A DNA stretch of 64,000 bases, from NCBI RefSeq assembly GCF_058153355.1, contig NZ_CM177019.1. One strand, given 5' to 3'. The notes under the pieces were generated by a model. That model saw nothing but the letters and a program-made list of their open reading frames with translations. It ran no database searches and was not told where the DNA came from. Numbering within the stretch: position 1 is the stretch's first letter; every line of letters starts with the position of its first letter. This document shows, piece after piece, positions 1-8,259 of the stretch. The translations under genes were made by a program, and so were the position numbers.

Positions 1-422
<422 letters not shown>

Positions 423-506
423 CATGCCTGCAATCTGGGAAACCGGGGTAGAAAAAAACTTGCAGGCCATAACAGTATCTACGTGATTCCTGCAATTTAT
501 TGAATT

Positions 507-542
507 TGTAGGCCGGATTAGGCGTTTACGCCGCATCCGGCA
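507..542. repeat. REP (repetitive extragenic palindromic) element
   Basis: tgtaggccggattaggcgtttacgccgcatccggca matches the classical E. coli REP consensus (GCCGGATGCGGCGTAAACGCCTTATCCGGCCTAC family). Confidence 0.7.
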
Positions 543-600
543 TGATCAAAGCTCACTTTGTCTGTAATCTGAATCCGGACCACCATGCCCAGTTTATTCT

Positions 601-3297
601 TTACTGCCAGCCGTAACGACGGCTATAGAACCCTTTCACCAGCTGGGTTAACGTCATATACCCTGCCAGAATCGCAACCAGCCACGGGAAATAGCTTAAC
701 GGCAGCGCCTGCAGTTGCAGATAACTGGCCAACGGCGAAAACGGCAATGCGATCCCGACTATCATCACAATCACGGTCATGATCATTAACGGCCACGATG
801 CACAGCTCTGAATAAACGGTACACGACGGGTACGGATCATATGCACAATCAGCGTTTGCGACAGTAAGCCCACCACAAACCAGCCCGACTGGAACAGCGT
901 TTGCGTTTCCGGCGTGTTGGCATGGAATACCCACCACATCAGGCAAAACGTCAGAATATCGAAGATCGAACTGATCGGTCCGAAGAAGATCATAAAGCGC
1001 CCCAAATCCGCCGGATTCCAACGCTGCGGCTTTTGAATTTGCTCGTCGTCGACGTTATCAAACGGGATCGCCACCTGTGACACATCGTACAGCAGGTTCT
1101 GGATCAGTAAGTGTAAAGGCAGCATCGGCAGGAAGGGCAAGAAAGCACTCGCCACCAGCACGCTGAACACATTACCGAAGTTAGAACTCGCCGTCATTTT
1201 TATGTATTTCAGCATGTTGGCGAAAGTCCGGCGTCCTTCAATAACCCCCTCCTCCAGCACCATCAGGCTTTTTTCCAGCAGGATGATATCAGCCGCTTCA
1301 CGGGCAATATCTACCGCACCGTCCACAGAAATGCCGATATCCGCAGCGCGTAAGGCGGGCGCATCATTAATACCATCGCCCATAAAGCCAACCACATGCC
1401 CTTCGCGCTTTAGCAAGGTCACGATGCGTTCTTTATGCATCGGCGTCAGGCGAGCAAACAGCGTGGTGCGCTGTGCAAGATTTGCCAGTTCGTCGTCAGA
1501 TAGCGTTTCAATATCACTACCAATGACCACCTCTCCCGCGTCCAGTCCCACTTCATGGCACACTTTCGCCGCCACTAACTCGCTGTCGCCAGTAAGGATT
1601 TTCACGGTAATGCCACTCGCTTTTAATGCCTTCAGTGCCGGAGCTGTTGTCTCTTTCGGCGGATCAAGGAAAGCAATATATCCTTCGAGGATCAGGTCGG
1701 ATTCATCCGCCCGCTGGTAATCCCCTTCACGTGCTGGCAGGTATTTCGTCGCCACCGCAACCACGCGCAGCCCCTGACGATTCAGCGTATCAGTAACGCG
1801 CTTAATCTTACGCAGTATGATGTCATCAAGCGGCACAATCTCACCATTGTGACGCACCTGCGAACACACATTGAGGATTTCCTGCAATGCGCCTTTGCAA
1901 ACCAGTTGATGATGTTCGGTATTCTCTGCCACTACCACCGACATCCGGCGACGCTCGAAATCAAACGGAATCTCATCAATTTTTTGCCAACGACTGGCCA
2001 GCGAGCGCGCTGACTCTTCATCCGTACCTTCGAGCACCGCTGTATCAAGCAGGTTTTTAAGTCCGGTCTGATAATGACTGTTCAACCACGCGCTATGCAG
2101 CACGCGTTCGCTGGTTTTACCGGAGATATCGGTATGATTCTCCAGCACAATTTTATCCTGCGTCAGGGTGCCGGTTTTATCAGTGCACAGAATATCCATA
2201 GCGCCAAAGTTCTGAATGGCATCCAGATGTTTGACGATCACTTTCTGTTTCGACAGCTTTACGGCACCACGCGCCAGCGTCGAAGTGACAATCATCGGCA
2301 ACATTTCTGGCGTTAAGCCTACCGCGACCGAAAGTGCGAACAGTGCCGCTTCCCACCAGTCACCTTTGGTGTAACCGTTGATCAGCAACACCACCGGAGC
2401 CATCACCAGCATAAAGCGAATCAGCAGCATACTGACGCGGCTAATCCCTTGCTGAAAGGCATTCGGCTCGCTTTCCTGCTCACTAACACGCCCCGCCAGT
2501 TGACCAAACCAGGTGTTGGCTCCTGTAGCAATCACCATTGCTTGTGCCGTGCCGCTCACCACGGTGGTGCCCATAAAACACAGGGTGTCGCACTCCAGCG
2601 GATTGCTGTGCTCCGGCTGGCGAGTGGTAGCAGCTTTTTCCACGGGCAGAGACTCACCGGTTAACGACGCCTGAGCAACAAACAGATCCCGCGCCTGCAA
2701 GATACGTAAATCTGCCGGGATCATATCCCCCGCCGCCAGTTTTATAATATCGCCGGGCACTAGTTGGTCTATCGGAATTTCCAGCCAGCCATTTTCACCT
2801 TTATCGTTAATTACGCGCAGTACCGTCGCGGTATTACTGACCATCGCTTTCAGGGCATCTGCCGCTTTGGTGGAACGAGCTTCCTGAATAAAGTTCAGCA
2901 ACGTAGAAATAGCGACCATTAGCGCGATAACACCTGCGGCAAATAAATCTTCCGTGGCGTAAGAAATAGCACCGAGAATGGTGAGCAAAATATTAAAGGG
3001 GTTGCGATAGCAGACCCATAAATGCACCCACCACGGCGACGGTTGTTGCGCGGGTAATTTATTTTCACCATGTTGTTCGCGGGCAGATTCCACTTCCGCC
3101 TGATTTAACCCTTCCGGATGGGTATTGAACGTTTTCCATAATTCCTGTTCTGGCATCACCGCCATTTTCAGGCAATGCGCACTTAAGGACGGCGGGACCG
3201 CCGTATTCACTGTCTGCTGCGCGCCAGGCAATGGATCGCGATGAACCAGACGGGAAGGTAAATGGCGAATGAGCCGGGTAAAAATTTCTTTAAACAT
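601..3297 (-). CDS. mgtA: Mg2+-importing P-type ATPase MgtA
   Basis: 898-aa ORF with the P-type ATPase phosphorylation motif DKTGTLT, the TGES motif and a GDGxNDxP hinge; length and sequence match MgtA. Confidence 0.97.
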   Translation of the reverse strand: MFKEIFTRLIRHLPSRLVHRDPLPGAQQTVNTAVPPSLSAHCLKMAVMPEQELWKTFNTHPEGLNQAEVESAREQHGENKLPAQQPSPWWVHLWVCYRNPFNILLTILGAISYATEDLFAAGVIALMVAISTLLNFIQEARSTKAADALKAMVSNTATVLRVINDKGENGWLEIPIDQLVPGDIIKLAAGDMIPADLRILQARDLFVAQASLTGESLPVEKAATTRQPEHSNPLECDTLCFMGTTVVSGTAQAMVIATGANTWFGQLAGRVSEQESEPNAFQQGISRVSMLLIRFMLVMAPVVLLINGYTKGDWWEAALFALSVAVGLTPEMLPMIVTSTLARGAVKLSKQKVIVKHLDAIQNFGAMDILCTDKTGTLTQDKIVLENHTDISGKTSERVLHSAWLNSHYQTGLKNLLDTAVLEGTDEESARSLASRWQKIDEIPFDFERRRMSVVVAENTEHHQLVCKGALQEILNVCSQVRHNGEIVPLDDIILRKIKRVTDTLNRQGLRVVAVATKYLPAREGDYQRADESDLILEGYIAFLDPPKETTAPALKALKASGITVKILTGDSELVAAKVCHEVGLDAGEVVIGSDIETLSDDELANLAQRTTLFARLTPMHKERIVTLLKREGHVVGFMGDGINDAPALRAADIGISVDGAVDIAREAADIILLEKSLMVLEEGVIEGRRTFANMLKYIKMTASSNFGNVFSVLVASAFLPFLPMLPLHLLIQNLLYDVSQVAIPFDNVDDEQIQKPQRWNPADLGRFMIFFGPISSIFDILTFCLMWWVFHANTPETQTLFQSGWFVVGLLSQTLIVHMIRTRRVPFIQSCASWPLMIMTVIVMIVGIALPFSPLASYLQLQALPLSYFPWLVAILAGYMTLTQLVKGFYSRRYGWQ

Positions 3298-3560
3298 AAG
3301 GAGTCCCTCCGCACTGTCTGAAACAGTGCAGAAATGTCTTCAGGCGTGGCGAAGCCTTACCTGAAGGTAATAAAGCTGAGCTGGGACGTTAAAACGTCAC
3401 GGCCTTACGCATCCGGTAACGCCGTGAAAAGACGGACTTACCGGAAAAGTTTTAATCTCCGTCGAGGGAGAGGCGTGGGATCAGGTTCCATATAACCTCC
3501 GGTAAGTGAAAAAAGCGCCGCAAATAATAAGGAGAATCCAATAATATTCGTGGCATTTAT
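3298..3560 (-). promoter_or_regulatory. mgtA 5' leader (Mg2+/proline-responsive attenuator region containing mgtL)
   Basis: Long untranslated region between the PhoP-box promoter and the mgtA start codon that contains the proline-rich leader ORF mgtL; the upstream boundary is approximate. Confidence 0.65.
3438..3491 (-). CDS. mgtL: mgtA leader peptide MgtL (17 aa, [17 protein letters not shown])
   Basis: Reverse complement of 3438..3491 is atggaacctgatcccacgcctctccctcgacggagattaaaacttttccggtaa. The ORF track merges it into a spurious 68-aa ORF (3438..3644). Confidence 0.85.
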
Positions 3561-3584
3561 GGCGATATAATACCTACTGGCAAC

Positions 3585-3601
3585 TAAACCAACGATAAAC
3601 C
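3585..3601 (-). promoter_or_regulatory. PhoP box (direct repeat GGTTTA-N5-GGTTTA) of the mgtA promoter
   Basis: The minus strand reads GGTTTATCGTTGGTTTA, matching the (T/G)GTTTA-N5-(T/G)GTTTA PhoP consensus, followed by a TATTAT -10-like hexamer. Confidence 0.6.
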
Positions 3602-3673
3602 AGACTTTACCCATTGCTGAATGCACGGGTAAAGTTAGGCTCAAATAATGAAACGCAATTACGGGACAACAGG

Positions 3674-4621
3674 ATGCAAAATCGGCTGACCATCAAAGAC
3701 ATCGCGCGCTTAAGCGGCGTGGGGAAATCTACGGTTTCCCGAGTGCTGAATAACGAAAGCGGCGTGAGTCAGCGCACGCGCGAGCGCGTGGAAGCAGTGA
3801 TGAATCAGCATGGATTTTCCCCTTCCCGCTCTGCGCGCGCTATGCGTGGGCAAAGCGATAAAGTGGTCGCCATCATTGTTACCCGTCTGGATTCGTTGTC
3901 AGAAAATCTCGCCGTCCAAACCATGCTGCCAGCGTTCTATGAACAAGGTTACGACCCGATCATGATGGAAAGTCAGTTTTCTCCGCAATTAGTTGCCGAA
4001 CATTTGGGGGTGCTGAAACGGCGTAATATCGACGGCGTAGTGCTGTTCGGTTTTACCGGCATAACCGAAGACATGTTAGCCCACTGGCAGTCATCGCTGG
4101 TTCTGCTGGCGCGTGACGCAAAAGGCTTTGCTTCGGTCTGTTATGACGACGAAGGGGCAATCAAAATCCTGATGCAACGGCTGTATGACCAGGGGCATCG
4201 TAATATCAGTTATCTCGGCGTACCGCACAGTGACGTGACGACCGGTAAGCGACGTCACGAAGCCTACCTGGCGTTCTGCAAAGCGCATAAACTGCATCCC
4301 GTTGCCGCTCTGCCAGGCCTTGCGATGAAGCAAGGCTATGAGAACGTAGCAAAAGTGATTACGCCTGAAACTACCGCGTTACTGTGCGCAACCGACACGC
4401 TGGCACTTGGCGCAAGTAAATACCTGCAAGAGCAACGCATCGACACCTTGCAACTGGCGAGCGTCGGTAATACGCCGTTAATGAAATTCCTCCATCCGGA
4501 GATCGTCACCGTTGACCCAGGTTACGCCGAAGCTGGACGCCAGGCGGCCAGCCAGTTAATTGCGCAGGTAACCGGGCGCAGCGAACCGCAACAAATCATC
4601 ATCCCTGCCACCCTATCCTGA
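3674..4621 (+). CDS. treR: Trehalose operon repressor TreR (LacI family)
   Basis: N-terminal helix-turn-helix (TIKDIARLSGVGKSTVSRVLNN) and LacI-type periplasmic-binding fold; start placed at ATG 3674 (315 aa) rather than the ORF-track start 3614. Confidence 0.93.
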   Translation: MQNRLTIKDIARLSGVGKSTVSRVLNNESGVSQRTRERVEAVMNQHGFSPSRSARAMRGQSDKVVAIIVTRLDSLSENLAVQTMLPAFYEQGYDPIMMESQFSPQLVAEHLGVLKRRNIDGVVLFGFTGITEDMLAHWQSSLVLLARDAKGFASVCYDDEGAIKILMQRLYDQGHRNISYLGVPHSDVTTGKRRHEAYLAFCKAHKLHPVAALPGLAMKQGYENVAKVITPETTALLCATDTLALGASKYLQEQRIDTLQLASVGNTPLMKFLHPEIVTVDPGYAEAGRQAASQLIAQVTGRSEPQQIIIPATLS

Positions 4622-4674
4622 TCGTTTCCTGAACGATAAATTGTGCTCTTCGCTGCGTTTCGGGAACGTTCCCG
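4621..4674 (+). promoter_or_regulatory. treB promoter region with two palindromes (candidate TreR operators)
   Basis: atcgtttcctgaacgat (4621-4637, inverted repeat ATCGTT/AACGAT) and the perfect 14-bp palindrome cgggaacgttcccg (4661-4674), both immediately upstream of treB. Confidence 0.4.
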
Positions 4675-4739
4675 TTTTTAAATTTTTCCGCGCACTATAT
4701 TCTGCAGCCAACCAAAAATGTCATCTGCCATGGGGCTTT

Positions 4740-6161
4740 ATGATGAGCAAAATAAACCAAACGGATCTCGATCGGTTGATTGAACTGGTCGGCGGGCGCG
4801 GCAACATTGCGACGGTGAGCCACTGTATTACTCGCCTGCGCTTTGTCCTCAACCAACCGGCCAATGCCAGACCGAAAGAGATTGAGCAACTCCCCATGGT
4901 GAAAGGCTGTTTCACCAATGCCGGGCAATTTCAGGTGGTAATTGGCACCAACGTGGGTGATTACTATCAAGCGCTGATAGCGACGACCGGACAGGCGCAG
5001 GTTGATAAAGAGCAGGTGAAAAAAGCTGCCCGGCAGAATATGAAATGGCATGAGCAGTTGATCTCTCATTTCGCGGAGATCTTCTTCCCGCTGCTGCCCG
5101 CGTTGATTAGTGGTGGTTTGATCCTCGGTTTTCGCAATGTGATCGGTGATTTGCCCATGAGCAACGGTCAAACGCTGGCGCAAATGTACCCTTCCCTGCA
5201 AACGATCTACGATTTTCTATGGTTGATCGGTGAAGCGATCTTCTTCTACCTGCCGGTCGGAATTTGCTGGTCAGCGGTGAAAAAAATGGGCGGCACGCCG
5301 ATCCTCGGTATCGTGCTTGGCGTGACGCTGGTTTCCCCACAGTTGATGAACGCTTATCTGCTCGGGCAGCAGCTACCGGAAGTATGGAACTTTGGCATGT
5401 TCAGCATCGCCAAAGTGGGCTATCAGGCACAGGTTATTCCGGCACTGTTAGCCGGGCTGGCGCTGGGCGTGATAGAAACTCGCCTTAAGCGTATCGTGCC
5501 GGATTACCTCTATCTGGTGGTGGTGCCGGTCTGTTCGCTGATCCTCGCGGTGTTCCTCGCCCATGCGCTGATTGGTCCGTTTGGTCGCATGATTGGCGAT
5601 GGCGTTGCCTTTGCGGTGCGTCACCTGATGACCGGCAGCTTTGCCCCCATTGGTGCGGCATTGTTTGGCTTCCTTTATGCACCGCTGGTGATCACCGGCG
5701 TACACCAGACCACGCTTGCTATAGATTTGCAGATGATTCAAAGCATGGGTGGCACGCCAGTATGGCCGCTTATTGCGCTGTCGAATATCGCTCAGGGCTC
5801 CGCCGTGATAGGCATTATCATTTCCAGCCGCAAGAGCAATGAACGCGAGATCTCCGTACCTGCCGCTATCTCCGCCTGGCTTGGGGTCACTGAGCCTGCA
5901 ATGTACGGCATCAACCTGAAATATCGCTTCCCGATGCTGTGCGCGATGATTGGTTCTGGTCTGGCAGGATTGCTATGTGGTCTGAACGGCGTTATGGCGA
6001 ATGGCATCGGCGTAGGCGGCCTGCCGGGAATTCTCTCTATTCAACCGAGCTATTGGCAAGTGTTTGCGCTGGCAATGGCTATCGCCATCATCATCCCGAT
6101 TGTACTCACCTCATTTATCTACCAGCGGAAATACCGCCTGGGTACGCTGGACATTGTTTAA
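4740..6161 (+). CDS. treB: PTS trehalose-specific EIIBC component TreB
   Basis: 473-aa product from ATG 4740 (MMSKINQTDLDRLIELVGG...); N-terminal EIIB domain with the CITRLRF cysteine motif followed by a multi-pass EIIC domain. Confidence 0.95.
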   Translation: MMSKINQTDLDRLIELVGGRGNIATVSHCITRLRFVLNQPANARPKEIEQLPMVKGCFTNAGQFQVVIGTNVGDYYQALIATTGQAQVDKEQVKKAARQNMKWHEQLISHFAEIFFPLLPALISGGLILGFRNVIGDLPMSNGQTLAQMYPSLQTIYDFLWLIGEAIFFYLPVGICWSAVKKMGGTPILGIVLGVTLVSPQLMNAYLLGQQLPEVWNFGMFSIAKVGYQAQVIPALLAGLALGVIETRLKRIVPDYLYLVVVPVCSLILAVFLAHALIGPFGRMIGDGVAFAVRHLMTGSFAPIGAALFGFLYAPLVITGVHQTTLAIDLQMIQSMGGTPVWPLIALSNIAQGSAVIGIIISSRKSNEREISVPAAISAWLGVTEPAMYGINLKYRFPMLCAMIGSGLAGLLCGLNGVMANGIGVGGLPGILSIQPSYWQVFALAMAIAIIIPIVLTSFIYQRKYRLGTLDIV

Positions 6162-6210
6162 TTTTCTTCGGGGCGCAATTGCGCCCCCTCGCATTTGCAG
6201 GAATAACGTA

Positions 6211-7866
6211 ATGACGAATCTTCCCCACTGGTGGCAAAACGGCGTTATCTACCAGATTTATCCCAAGAGTTTTCAGGACACCACGGGTAGCGGCACCGGT
6301 GATTTACGTGGCGTTATCCAACGCCTGGACTATCTGCATAAACTGGGCGTCGATGCTATCTGGCTAACCCCCTTTTATGTCTCTCCCCAGGTCGATAACG
6401 GATACGACGTAGCGAACTATACGGCGATAGATCCCACTTACGGTACGCTGGACGATTTTGACGAAATGGTGACGCAGGCGAAATCACGCGGCATTCGTAT
6501 CATTCTCGATATGGTGTTTAACCATACCTCTACCCAACATGCCTGGTTTCGCGAGGCGCTGAGCAAAGAAAGCCCTTACCGCCAGTTTTATATCTGGCGC
6601 GATGGTGAACCAGAAACGCCACCGAATAACTGGCGTTCAAAATTTGGCGGTAGTGCGTGGCGCTGGCATGCAGAAAGCGAACAGTACTATTTGCATCTCT
6701 TTGCACCAGAACAGGCGGATCTCAACTGGGAGAATCCGGCGGTACGCGCAGAACTGAAAAAAGTCTGTGAGTTCTGGGCCGATCGCGGGGTCGACGGGTT
6801 ACGCCTGGATGTAGTGAATTTGATCTCTAAAGATCCGCGTTTTCCTAATGACCTGGATGGCGACGGGCGTCGCTTCTACACCGACGGGCCACGAGCACAC
6901 GAGTTTTTGCACGAGATGAACCGCGATGTGTTTACGCCTCGCGGTTTAATGACCGTGGGTGAAATGTCCTCCACCAGCCTTGAGCATTGCCAGCGATACG
7001 CGGCACTAACAGGCAGTGAATTGTCGATGACCTTTAATTTTCATCACCTGAAGGTCGATTATCCCGGTGGTGAAAAATGGACGCTGGCTAAACCTGACTT
7101 TGTGGCGTTGAAAGCATTGTTCCGCCACTGGCAACAAGGAATGCACAACGTGGCATGGAATGCCTTGTTCTGGTGTAACCACGATCAGCCGCGCATTGTT
7201 TCTCGTTTTGGTGATGAAGGGGACTACCGCGAACCTGCGGCAAAAATGCTGGCGATGGTGCTGCATGGCATGCAGGGAACGCCATATATCTATCAGGGCG
7301 AAGAGATTGGCATGACTAATCCACATTTCACGCGCATTACTGACTATCGCGACGTGGAGAGCCTCAATATGTTTGCCGAACTGCGCAACGATGGGCGTGA
7401 CGCCGAGGAGTTATTGGCAATCCTCGCCAGTAAATCCCGTGACAATAGTCGCACGCCAATGCAATGGAGCAACGGCGATAATGCCGGGTTTACAACGGGT
7501 GAACCGTGGATTGGCCTGGGCGATAACTATCAAGAAATCAACGTAGAAGCTGCGCTGGCCGATGAGTTCTCAGTGTTTTACACCTACCAAAAGTTAATCG
7601 CACTGCGTAAGCAAGAAGCCGTCCTGACATGGGGCAATTACCAGGATCTGCTGCCAGACAGCCCTGTATTGTGGTGCTATCGCCGTGAATGGAAGGGGCA
7701 AACCTTGCTGGTCATTGCCAACCTTAGCCGTGAGATCCAACCCTGGCAGCCAGGGCAAATGCGCGGAAACTGGCAGCTTGTGATGCATAACTACGAAGAA
7801 GCCTCAGCACAACCCTGTGCCATGACTTTACGGCCTTTTGAGGCCGTCTGGTGGTTACAGAAGTAA
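6211..7866 (+). CDS. treC: Trehalose-6-phosphate hydrolase TreC (GH13 alpha-glucosidase family)
   Basis: 551-aa product from ATG 6211 (MTNLPHWWQNGVIYQIYPKSF...); GH13 motifs DAIWLTP, GIRIILDMVFNHTS and GVDGLRLDVV. Confidence 0.95.
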   Translation: MTNLPHWWQNGVIYQIYPKSFQDTTGSGTGDLRGVIQRLDYLHKLGVDAIWLTPFYVSPQVDNGYDVANYTAIDPTYGTLDDFDEMVTQAKSRGIRIILDMVFNHTSTQHAWFREALSKESPYRQFYIWRDGEPETPPNNWRSKFGGSAWRWHAESEQYYLHLFAPEQADLNWENPAVRAELKKVCEFWADRGVDGLRLDVVNLISKDPRFPNDLDGDGRRFYTDGPRAHEFLHEMNRDVFTPRGLMTVGEMSSTSLEHCQRYAALTGSELSMTFNFHHLKVDYPGGEKWTLAKPDFVALKALFRHWQQGMHNVAWNALFWCNHDQPRIVSRFGDEGDYREPAAKMLAMVLHGMQGTPYIYQGEEIGMTNPHFTRITDYRDVESLNMFAELRNDGRDAEELLAILASKSRDNSRTPMQWSNGDNAGFTTGEPWIGLGDNYQEINVEAALADEFSVFYTYQKLIALRKQEAVLTWGNYQDLLPDSPVLWCYRREWKGQTLLVIANLSREIQPWQPGQMRGNWQLVMHNYEEASAQPCAMTLRPFEAVWWLQK

Positions 7867-7878
7867 GTATCCGCTAAG

Positions 7879-7908
7879 CCCCGGTAATACTGGTCATTCC
7901 GGGGTTTT
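7879..7908 (+). terminator. Rho-independent terminator downstream of treC
   Basis: ccccgg-N14-ccgggg stem followed by tttt. Confidence 0.6.
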
Positions 7909-8010
7909 GCCTTTCAGTATGTTGTTTTTGTTGATTTTATAATCAAAAAATTCATTAAAAAATTTACATAACGCTGTAGCGCCCGTCATCCGTACGCTCT
8001 GCTTTTTACT

Positions 8011-8055
8011 TTGAGCTACATCAAAAAAAGTTCAAACATCCTTGATGCAAAGCAC
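8011..8055 (+). promoter_or_regulatory. Two FNR-like sites upstream of nrdD, centred about 31 bp apart
   Basis: ttgagctacatcaa (8011-8024; TTGAG-N4-ATCAA) and ttgatgcaaagcac (8042-8055; half-site). A TAAAAT -10 hexamer at 8069-8074 would put them near -64.5 and -33.5, consistent with FNR-activated anaerobic nrdDG expression. Confidence 0.45.
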
Positions 8056-8098
8056 TATATATAGACTTTAAAATGCGTCCCGACCCAATATGTTGTAT
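8052..8098 (+). promoter_or_regulatory. Two NrdR boxes overlapping the nrdD core promoter
   Basis: gcactatatatagact (8052-8067) and acccaatatgttgtat (8083-8098), each about 13/16 to the NrdR consensus acaCwAtATaTwGtgt, with about 31 bp between centres. Confidence 0.45.
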
Positions 8099-8259
8099 TA
8101 ATCGACTATAATTGCTACTACAACACCACACGAAAAAGGTGCGGCGTTGTGGATAAGCGGATGGCGATTGCGGAAAGCGCCGGAAAACGAAACGAAAAAA
8201 CCGGAAAACACCTTTCCCAATTTCTGTGGATAACCTGTTCTTAAAAATATGGAGCGATC

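Noticed and set aside
585-1021. ORFs 585..782 (+) and 623..1021 (-)
   Set aside because: Overlap the mgtA 3' coding region in other frames; no support.
3614-3673. Upstream extension of treR (ORF-track start 3614)
   Set aside because: Would place the start inside the mgtA promoter/PhoP-box region; ATG 3674 gives the expected 315-aa TreR with an N-terminal helix-turn-helix.
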